Positions 7,426 through 14,142 of a stretch of DNA of 33,795 nucleotides are shown one piece after another. The stretch comes from Spirochaetales bacterium. Lineage in GTDB: Bacteria; Spirochaetota; Spirochaetia; JABMQR01. Numbering within the stretch: position 1 is the first letter of the stretch; each line of letters starts with the position of its first letter. The position numbers and the translations under genes are program-made. The notes below the pieces were generated by a model. It was not told the DNA's origin. It ran no database searches and saw only the letters and a program-made list of their open reading frames with translations. The stretch covers positions 1 to 33,795 of the forward strand of contig JAGLNY010000125.1 of assembly GCA_023139255.1 (NCBI GenBank), given 5' to 3'.

Positions 7426-9786
7426 CTATTGCTTTTCAGCAAGATCAAAAGCGATTTCCAAAACCTCTTCCATCGTATCAACAGCATGAAAGGTTATATC
7501 TTTCTTAACATGTTCAGGGATTTCTTCAAGGTCACGGGAGTTGTGACTGGGAATTATAATGGTTTTTATTCTATTTCTTCGGGCTGCAATGACCTTTTCT
7601 TTTAATCCCCCTATCGGCATTACCTTTCCAGCCAGTGAAAGTTCTCCGGTCATTGCAAGGGAACTTCTCACTTTTTTCTGTTTTGCCAGGGAGAACAATG
7701 AGCATGCCATGGTTATACCCGCTGACGGACCGTCTTTTGGGGTTGCGCCTTCCGGTATATGGAGATGTATGGAGTTGTTGGTAAAATAGTCATCCGGGAT
7801 GTCGTAATTGGATGCGATATGTCTGATATATGTGTATGCGATATCAGCAGATTCCTTCATGACATCTCCCATCTGGCCGGTAAGTTTCATTTCCCCCTTC
7901 CTTCCGGGGATATTTACCGACTCAATAATCAGGGTGTCGCCGCCGAAATTTGTCCAGGCCAGCCCTATTGTCATGCCGGGCTTAATGGCTTTCTTAATTT
8001 CATCTTCCCTGAAAACAGGTTTGCCAAGATATTTTTCCAGCCGCTCCGGGTTAATTACAATCGGGAGTTCCGGTGATTGTTCAATCAGTTCCATAGCAAT
8101 CTTTCTATGAATTTTATTCAGGGCTTTCTCATAGTTTCTCATACCTGCTTCACGGGCATATTCATCAGCAATTTTTGTGAGAGATTTTGCTGTATAAGTT
8201 ACTGATTTTTTATCTATCCCGCTTTTATTCAGACTTTTCGGGATAAGATATTTTTTTGCGATCGAAACCTTCTCCTGTGAGATATATCCTGAGAGTCTGA
8301 TGATTTCCATTCGGTCAATAAGCGGCCGGGGTATGGTATCAAGGGTGTTTGCGGTAACGATAAACAGTATTTGGGAGATATCAAACGGCAGATCAAGATA
8401 ATGATCCCGAAATGCGATATTCTGCTCAGGATCCAAGGCCTCAAGCAGTGCTGATGAAGGATCTCCCTGGTAAGATGATCCCATTTTATCAATCTCATCA
8501 ATCATGAATACCGGGTTTTTTGTTTTAACTATTTTCAGTCCCTGGATTATCTTACCAGGCATTGCCCCTACATACGTTCGTCTATGACCTTTAATTTCTG
8601 CCTCATCCCGCATACCGCCGACAGAAAACCTGAAAAACTTTTTCCTCAGGGATTTTGCAATAGAAATGCCGACTGATGTTTTACCTACTCCGGGAGGACC
8701 GATAAGACAAATAATTGATCCTTTTGTATCTTTTTTCAGTTTCCTGACTGCCAGGTATTCAAGGATTCTATCCTTAACATCATCCAGCCCATAGTGGTCG
8801 CGGTTCAGGACTCGCCTGGCTTTAACTATATTAAAATTTTCCGGTTTCGGATTTTTCCACGGAAGAGATACAATAGTCTCAAGATAGTTGCGGGTAACTG
8901 AGTATTCAGCAGAGTTCGGGTCCAGAAACTGGAACTTATCCAGTTCTTTTTCCGTTTGTTCTTTTGCTTCATCATTCAGGGGAAGTTTTTTAAACAGCTC
9001 TTTATACCTGTTTAAGTCGCTGGTTTTAGGGTCTGTTGTCATTCCCAGCTCCTGCTGGATAGCCCGCAATTCCTCCCTGAGAAAATAGTCACGTTGGTTT
9101 TTTTCAATTTTTCTATTGATGCGGTCCTGGATTTTTTTCTGGATTTTCATTAATTCCTGCTCTTTTTTTATAAAGACAAGAACTTTTTCCATTCTCTCCT
9201 GGGTGTCGAGTGTTTCCAGAATGTCCTGCTGTTCATTCCGTTCCAGATTCATTATCGATGTAATAAAATCTGCGATTTTTCCAGGATGGTCGATATTAAC
9301 CATATTCAGCCGCATCTCCTCAGTGAAGAGGGGATTCTCTTTAGAGAGTTGCTTCATCTCCATTATCAGGGAACGGGTTAATGCCCGGACCTCTATACTG
9401 TTCTCATTAATACTATCGAGATGCTCCACGGCAATAGTCAGGGGTTTTTGATCAGAGATAAACTTTTTTACCTTAAACCGTTTAAGAGTAGAGATAAATA
9501 TATTTATTCCGCCGTCAGGCAGGTTGATTTTTTTGACGATTTTCGCTGTTGTCCCTACAGCGTGCAGATTTGCAGGATCAAACTCATTCTCGGATTCATC
9601 TTTTGTCAGGAGCAGACCTATCATGTTGTCGTGCTCCAGTGATTTTTCTACTACTGCTATATCATCAGTGGATTCGATAAGCAATGGGGTGAAAATACCG
9701 GGGAATATTGGGTTGCCTGTCAGAGGTATTACAAATAACCTGTTTGGCAAGATTTGATCAATAGGCAGGATTCCCTGTTCTGGCAT
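7426..9786 (-). CDS. lon: ATP-dependent Lon protease (endopeptidase La)
   Basis: 786 aa. It has an N-terminal LON substrate-binding domain (LFVIPLTGNPIFPG) and an AAA+ module with Walker A GPPGVGKTS and Walker B FMIDEIDK. The protease domain has catalytic-Ser context PKDGPSAGITM and a downstream Lys (GGLKEKV). SD AAGGAG is the complement of 9794-9799. Confidence 0.97.
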   Translation of the reverse strand: MPEQGILPIDQILPNRLFVIPLTGNPIFPGIFTPLLIESTDDIAVVEKSLEHDNMIGLLLTKDESENEFDPANLHAVGTTAKIVKKINLPDGGINIFISTLKRFKVKKFISDQKPLTIAVEHLDSINENSIEVRALTRSLIMEMKQLSKENPLFTEEMRLNMVNIDHPGKIADFITSIMNLERNEQQDILETLDTQERMEKVLVFIKKEQELMKIQKKIQDRINRKIEKNQRDYFLREELRAIQQELGMTTDPKTSDLNRYKELFKKLPLNDEAKEQTEKELDKFQFLDPNSAEYSVTRNYLETIVSLPWKNPKPENFNIVKARRVLNRDHYGLDDVKDRILEYLAVRKLKKDTKGSIICLIGPPGVGKTSVGISIAKSLRKKFFRFSVGGMRDEAEIKGHRRTYVGAMPGKIIQGLKIVKTKNPVFMIDEIDKMGSSYQGDPSSALLEALDPEQNIAFRDHYLDLPFDISQILFIVTANTLDTIPRPLIDRMEIIRLSGYISQEKVSIAKKYLIPKSLNKSGIDKKSVTYTAKSLTKIADEYAREAGMRNYEKALNKIHRKIAMELIEQSPELPIVINPERLEKYLGKPVFREDEIKKAIKPGMTIGLAWTNFGGDTLIIESVNIPGRKGEMKLTGQMGDVMKESADIAYTYIRHIASNYDIPDDYFTNNSIHLHIPEGATPKDGPSAGITMACSLFSLAKQKKVRSSLAMTGELSLAGKVMPIGGLKEKVIAARRNRIKTIIIPSHNSRDLEEIPEHVKKDITFHAVDTMEEVLEIAFDLAEKQ

Positions 9787-9833
9787 ATAAATTCTCCTTC
9801 ATGTTTCTGAGGTAATCAGGTTTTGAACTTTCT

Positions 9834-10000
9834 CTAGGAGTCTGTCGGACTTAATCATTTTGGTCTATTTTTTGACCTTTTTTCCATCTTTTGCGTCGCT
9901 CAATCGTCGAATATGGCATATATTCTCCTCATTCGCTCCTTAATTATGGAAAAAATCTCTAAAAATACCCTTAAAAGCATCAAGTCCGACAAACTCCTAG
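9834..10000 (-). repeat. 167-bp hairpin-forming inverted-repeat element (MITE/REP-like), long copy, between lon and its upstream region
   Basis: The termini CTAGGAGTCTGTCGGACTT (9834-9852) and AAGTCCGACAAACTCCTAG (9982-10000) are reverse complements, 18 of 19. The arms extend imperfectly inward. Both arms are homologous to the 72-bp copy at 23916-23987: about 30/40 and 27/32 identities by hand alignment. Both copies have the same orientation relative to the downstream gene. Confidence 0.6.
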
Positions 10001-10152
10001 CTCAATTCAGATGATAATAATGTAATGATTCTTTAAGCTGTCGGAAAGGCCTTTATGTAAAAAACAGCTAAATCAGGATTTTGTTTTAAAAGCGTTTTAA
10101 AAGAACTTCAAAAAACAGGATTATGGTGGTGGAAAACGTAAAGAATCAGATT

Positions 10153-10779
10153 CTATTGATTCAATTTTTTCTCAAAAAATGTCCTTATTTCTTCTTTGCT
10201 TATTGTTTTTATTGGATCCAGATGTGTTATTAAATCATCTTCTATATCATCTACATAAATTAATGCAATACAAAAAAGCTTATAAGTAATCCCATCTATA
10301 ACTTTTTTTGCCTGTTCAAATATTTCATTCAGAGATAATTTTTCTTTTGCAATGAAATAGAGATCATAATAGTCCCTATATTTAGCCCGTAGAAAAAGCA
10401 CATTTATCTTCATTGCTGCTATTGATTCAATTGAGGCAATGTTTAATTTATCTATTTTAACAGGTTTAAGGAATGTCCACTTTGCATTAAAAAAGGTTAC
10501 TTTGACTCCATCGCACAATAGATCAATTTGCTCTTTTGTCTCATTAATAATCTCACTTTTACTAAAATTATATAAGAAATCAATAATCTCTTTTTTGTCA
10601 TAACTATCCGAAAATGTAAAGAAATCTAAATCTTCACTTTTTCGATGACATACATGCAAAGCCAGTGCGGAACCGCCTACAAGAACATATTTGGATAAAA
10701 ATGGAGCATGTTCTATAAAAACCTGTAAAACGCCGGCAGTCTCAGGACGCAGACATCCGAAGCTTTTTTTCTCGATCAC
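10153..10779 (-). CDS. AbiEii/AbiGii-type (DUF1814-like) minimal nucleotidyltransferase, putative toxin
   Basis: 208 aa. VLVGGSALALHVCHRKSEDLDFF carries the NTase G[GS] and DxD motifs in the arrangement typical of AbiEii-family toxins. The region is AT-rich. The gene overlaps the upstream gene by 38 nt. Confidence 0.75.
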   Translation of the reverse strand: MIEKKSFGCLRPETAGVLQVFIEHAPFLSKYVLVGGSALALHVCHRKSEDLDFFTFSDSYDKKEIIDFLYNFSKSEIINETKEQIDLLCDGVKVTFFNAKWTFLKPVKIDKLNIASIESIAAMKINVLFLRAKYRDYYDLYFIAKEKLSLNEIFEQAKKVIDGITYKLFCIALIYVDDIEDDLITHLDPIKTISKEEIRTFFEKKLNQ

Positions 10780-11083
10780 TCATACCACCTTTAAAGAATC
10801 CTGCTTCGACATCCATTCCCAGAAAAACCCTTGCGACTAAATAGTTAACCTTAACAAAACGGGTATCACCAATCAATTTTTCTTTCCAGATTTTTTCGAC
10901 AACGCTTTTCCCATAAAGTGAAAATATTTTTCTTAAATCTGCAAAATCGCCATATTTTAAAATTGTTTCAACAAGCAATGGATCAAAAGCCGGTGAATAT
11001 TCTATTTTTTTGTCATAACTCCAGAAAAGTCCTTTTTCTTTGGTTGTTGAAAAAAGTTTTTGCTTTTCATAATGTATCTTCAT
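10742..11083 (-). CDS. Small uncharacterised partner protein of the NTase (candidate antitoxin; resembles the LFW-x-D / YGD family that I believe is Pfam DUF6922)
   Basis: 113 aa. The GLFWSYDKK...LLVETILKYGDFADLRKIFSLYG pattern is recalled from small proteins encoded next to AbiEii-like NTases. I could not recognise an AbiEi-type wHTH. Confidence 0.55.
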   Translation of the reverse strand: MKIHYEKQKLFSTTKEKGLFWSYDKKIEYSPAFDPLLVETILKYGDFADLRKIFSLYGKSVVEKIWKEKLIGDTRFVKVNYLVARVFLGMDVEAGFFKGGMSDREKKLRMSAS

Positions 11084-11192
11084 ATATTTAAAAGAATACT
11101 CTCATTTCAATTAAAAGTAAAGTTACAGGAAGCGGTTCACGACCCCTGGATTATGTCTCTGTTTAAAAATTTAATAAAATAAGGATCCTCCA

Positions 11193-11221
11193 TTGACCTG
11201 ATTGGCTTCACAAATTAGGAT
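11193..11221 (+). promoter_or_regulatory. Candidate sigma70 promoter for the hisI-like/hisG-like pair
   Basis: TTGACC (11193-11198), a 17-nt spacer, then TAGGAT (11216-11221). An alternative -10, TACAAT, lies at 11224-11229. Confidence 0.35.
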
Positions 11222-11253
11222 GGTACAATATTAAATGTGTCTGGAGCAGTATT

Positions 11254-11637
11254 ATGTCGAAAGAATATACCAACGATCTATTATTAAAATTTGATGATGA
11301 TAATATGTTGATACCAGTGGTTACCCAAGATAGTATAAGCAAAGAGGTCCTTATTTTGGCATTTGCCAATAAACAAGCTTATGAAGAGACCATGAAAAGT
11401 GGTTTTGCAACGTATTGGAGTAGAAGCCGTAAGGAGCTTTGGAAAAAAGGACTTACCAGTGGGGATATGCTTAAGATAGATGAAATCCGGATCAATTGTG
11501 AACAAAATTCACTTTTATATTTGGTAACGCCCCAGGGGAAAGGCGCCTGTCATGCAAAAAAAGAGGACGGTAATCCTTATGCTTCCTGTTATTACCGGCG
11601 TATTACCAAAGATGGAAATCTGGAATTTGTAGGATAA
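11254..11637 (+). CDS. hisI: Phosphoribosyl-AMP cyclohydrolase (HisI)-like protein, divergent at the acidic metal motif
   Basis: 127 aa. LIPVVTQD...EVLILAFANKQAYEETMKSGFATYWSRSRKELWKKGLTSG...INCEQNSLLYLV...GACHAKK....SCYY aligns along its length with HisI. The DxDxD motif reads N-C-E-Q-N and GETSG reads GLTSG. Confidence 0.75.
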   Translation: MSKEYTNDLLLKFDDDNMLIPVVTQDSISKEVLILAFANKQAYEETMKSGFATYWSRSRKELWKKGLTSGDMLKIDEIRINCEQNSLLYLVTPQGKGACHAKKEDGNPYASCYYRRITKDGNLEFVG

Positions 11638-11649
11638 GGAGAAATAAGT

Positions 11650-12687
11650 ATGCTTACTATCGGAATGCCGGCAGGCTCATTAGCAGACCCCAAGAGGGGA
11701 GGAAATTTAATTCAGCTTTTAGATAACGCCGGATTTTATACCAAAGGTTATAAATCAGGCGGCCCAAGTGTGTTTACTACAATTTCAACCTATATGGGGT
11801 GGGATGGACGACCCCAGGAATTTGGTTCTCAACTGGGACTTGATGAAATTGATGTGGCTATTGGCGGAGACGATTGGATTAAAGAAAGAATCCTGGAATT
11901 AAAATATGAGTACCAAACAACTATCACCCTTGAAAAAGTGATGTCACTGAGCCGGGGAAATGTTCGCATTGTTGGAATTGTTGACAAACGATTTGAAGTA
12001 ACTAATATTGCTGCTTATGTTAGTCAGGTATTACAAGAAAAAGGTTTAATAACTGTTGTTTCAGAAATGCCTTACTTGGCCCTAAATTGGCTAAAAGATA
12101 TCCTGAAAGAGAGAGGCCTTCAGGAACAATATAACGAATTTTCTGTTCAGAAATATAAAACTCCGTCAAAAATTAAAAAAGGGGTACTTATTTATGAAAC
12201 CTGGGGAAAAACAGAAGCTAAAGTAAAAAACGGCGGTGCTGATATTGGTCTGGAAATTACTCAAACCGGCAGTGCCTTACGAAATTATGGATTAGACATT
12301 ATTGATGAAGTAATGAAATCAGAGACCGGTATCTGGATAAAACCTGAATTAAAAAAGGACAAAAAAAAATTCGAGCTGCTTAAAATGTTTTTACTTAATC
12401 TTTCCGGTGCCTTAAATGCTGAAAATAAAGTACTTCTATTATTTAATGCAGCCAATAAAAATGTTGCTGAAATTGATCAATACATTGCTGATAATAATGT
12501 ATTTGCTGAAGAACCCACAAAAAAGAGCGGCACGCAATATACCGAATACAGCTTACAAGTAGAAACCATGGATGTGGAACACCCTATCCCAAAGATTCGT
12601 TATGAACTGGCAATCCGTGGTGCCTTGAGTATTGACACTATTCCTGTAATCTCATCAATCCAGTCGATAGATGAGATTGGGTTATAA
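11650..12687 (+). CDS. hisG: ATP phosphoribosyltransferase (long-form HisG)-like protein, atypically long and divergent
   Basis: 345 aa with SD AAGGAG upstream. LTIGMPAGSL, RPQEFG..LGLDEIDVAIGGDDWIKE and GGADIGLEITQTGSALRNYGL align with E. coli HisG blocks [37 protein letters not shown] and [21 protein letters not shown]. A C-terminal HisG_C-like region is present. Confidence 0.7.
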   Translation: MLTIGMPAGSLADPKRGGNLIQLLDNAGFYTKGYKSGGPSVFTTISTYMGWDGRPQEFGSQLGLDEIDVAIGGDDWIKERILELKYEYQTTITLEKVMSLSRGNVRIVGIVDKRFEVTNIAAYVSQVLQEKGLITVVSEMPYLALNWLKDILKERGLQEQYNEFSVQKYKTPSKIKKGVLIYETWGKTEAKVKNGGADIGLEITQTGSALRNYGLDIIDEVMKSETGIWIKPELKKDKKKFELLKMFLLNLSGALNAENKVLLLFNAANKNVAEIDQYIADNNVFAEEPTKKSGTQYTEYSLQVETMDVEHPIPKIRYELAIRGALSIDTIPVISSIQSIDEIGL

Positions 12688-12778
12688 AGCTTATAGTAAT
12701 CAATTTTCCAGGAGTATAGGCTTTTTAGTAAAGGGAAGGGTTAAGATCGTAAGCAGGGTAATTCCGGCAAACCGGATC

Positions 12779-13795
12779 CTATTTCAACTCCCGGCAGGTC
12801 TTTCGGATCAGCAGCTTTGGCTCTATAAGGATCCTTCTCTGAGTCAAGTCTTCTTTATTAATCATTTTCATAACCATTTCACCGACTAGTTTGCCTGTTT
12901 TATAGGGAAACTGGTCTATTGTTGTCAGTTGCGGGTATACCTCGGCAGCAAGGGGAATATTACTGAAGCCGATGAGCGAAAAATCCTCGGGAATTGAATA
13001 ACCGACCTCCAGAACTGCTCTTATGACGCCTATAGCCATCTGGTCACTTGCAGCGAATATAGCAGTGGGAGGATCGGAAAGGGCAAGGAATTTCTTCGCG
13101 CCTTTGTATCCCCCCTGTTCATTAGGGGTTTCCCTCATCAAATATTTATTATTAGGTTTGATTTCATTAACAGCGAGGGCTTTTTCATACCCCTCCTGTT
13201 TTTGTCTGTAGGTAGTGCGGTCGGCGTTTCCATTTATAAATCCAATTTTTGTATGTCCCAGGCCAAGTAAATAGGTTACCGCTTTATAGGCACCTCCAAC
13301 TTCGTCTGCCATAACCGAACATATATCAGACCCGATAATATAATCGTTGATGAGGAGAGCAGGGACTTTCTCACTGAGCTCTACCAAGTAATCAGCTGAA
13401 TTTTCCCGTGCACAGGCCGCCGCAAAAATTATCGCATCTACATTCTTTCCGAGAAGGGTATCGATATATTTTTTTTCCATATCCTGACCCCTGTTCGTAA
13501 TACACAGGAAAATGCTGTAACCGTGGCGCTCCAGTTCGTCCTCGAGTCCGGTCAGAATGGCTGGATAAAACAGATTTTGCATATCGGGAATCAGAATTCC
13601 CACGGTTTTCATGCTTAAACTCTTATTAATAAGCCCTTGTGCCATCACATTGGGTTTGTAATCCAGATCTTTTATGGCTTTATCAATTCTTTTTTTAGCT
13701 TCTTTAGATACGTAACCGCTTTTATTCATCAAACGAGATACAGTAGTGATAGATGTATCGGCTCTTTTAGCGACATCCTTAATTGTTATTCCCAC
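12779..13795 (-). CDS. LacI/GalR-family transcriptional regulator
   Basis: 338 aa. It has an N-terminal HTH (ITIKDVAKRADTSITTVSRLMN) and a periplasmic-binding-protein-like sugar-binding core. The start is GTG, with GAGG 8 nt upstream. Confidence 0.92.
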   Translation of the reverse strand: MGITIKDVAKRADTSITTVSRLMNKSGYVSKEAKKRIDKAIKDLDYKPNVMAQGLINKSLSMKTVGILIPDMQNLFYPAILTGLEDELERHGYSIFLCITNRGQDMEKKYIDTLLGKNVDAIIFAAACARENSADYLVELSEKVPALLINDYIIGSDICSVMADEVGGAYKAVTYLLGLGHTKIGFINGNADRTTYRQKQEGYEKALAVNEIKPNNKYLMRETPNEQGGYKGAKKFLALSDPPTAIFAASDQMAIGVIRAVLEVGYSIPEDFSLIGFSNIPLAAEVYPQLTTIDQFPYKTGKLVGEMVMKMINKEDLTQRRILIEPKLLIRKTCRELK

Positions 13796-13850
13796 GTGAA
13801 CGCCTCATAACTATTTTTAATCTATACTCTTAGTACAAGTAAATGTAGCA

Positions 13851-13866
13851 TGGAAATCGATTTTTT
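13851..13866. promoter_or_regulatory. LacI-type operator candidate 1 (TGGAAATCGATTTTTT; 10-bp palindrome AAATCGATTT)
   Basis: A palindromic CG-centred site lies 56 bp upstream of the lacI-family gene start. It resembles the TGnAAnCGnTTnCA class of operators. Confidence 0.4.
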
Positions 13867-13897
13867 GACAATGTTTTTTTAAAAACCGAACTTTCTA

Positions 13898-13911
13898 TGG
13901 AAACGTTATCT
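13898..13911. promoter_or_regulatory. LacI-type operator candidate 2 (TGGAAACGTTATCT)
   Basis: It matches 8 of 10 defined positions of the cre/LacI-family consensus TGWAANCGNTNNCA as I remember it. Confidence 0.4.
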
Positions 13912-13978
13912 TATTCTCAAACGAGCGAGAGAAATGGATCATCAAGCTGCTCCACTTCTCTCGCTCGTTTGAGAATAA
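13911..13978. repeat. Perfect 23-bp inverted repeat with a 22-nt loop
   Basis: TTATTCTCAAACGAGCGAGAGAA (13911-13933) is the exact reverse complement of TTCTCTCGCTCGTTTGAGAATAA (13956-13978). There is no flanking T-tract on either strand, so it is not a classical terminator. Confidence 0.85.
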
Positions 13979-13980
13979 AA

Positions 13981-14082
13981 ATCCTGGAAAGTGGGAACGA
14001 TCTTTTTTTCAGTGCCATAAGCTACTGTGAGATAAGTATTAAGATATCAATCGGAAAATATAAAGTAAAAACACTCTGGTAA
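13981..14082 (+). pseudogene. Remnant of a PIN-domain (VapC-like) toxin gene
   Basis: ILESGNDLFFSAISYCEISIKISIGKYKV resembles the central block of PIN toxins (..NELxxSAxSxWEIxIKxxxGKLxL). The N-terminal acidic motif and the C-terminal half are absent. The upstream part of ORF 13897..14082 is simply the inverted repeat. Confidence 0.4.
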
Positions 14083-14142
14083 GGTCTTCTGATTTCAGCA
14101 GCTGATCTCTATTTACCCACACGTCTCCTTTTTACATTCAAT

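Noticed and set aside
7559-9757. Series of plus-strand ORFs (63-111 aa) across the lon region.
   Set aside because: All are antisense shadows of lon. Their composition is Ser/Phe/Ile-rich, as expected for the reverse complement of a Lys/Glu-rich gene.
9834-10000. CIRCE/HrcA heat-shock operator upstream of lon.
   Set aside because: The inverted repeat (GGAGTCTGTCGGACTT...) does not resemble TTAGCACTC-N9-GAGTGCTAA, and its arms are about 130 bp apart.
9900-10014. Small ORFs inside the repeat element: a 33-aa plus-strand ORF (9913..10014) and a 10-aa minus-strand ORF (9900..9932).
   Set aside because: The plus-strand ORF has no RBS. The minus-strand mini-ORF has an SD only 3 nt from its ATG. 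I mention it in the finding but do not call it as a gene.
10083-10103. CRISPR-like or tandem-repeat array.
   Set aside because: There are only two 10-bp units separated by 1 nt. There are no spacers and no cas genes anywhere in the window.
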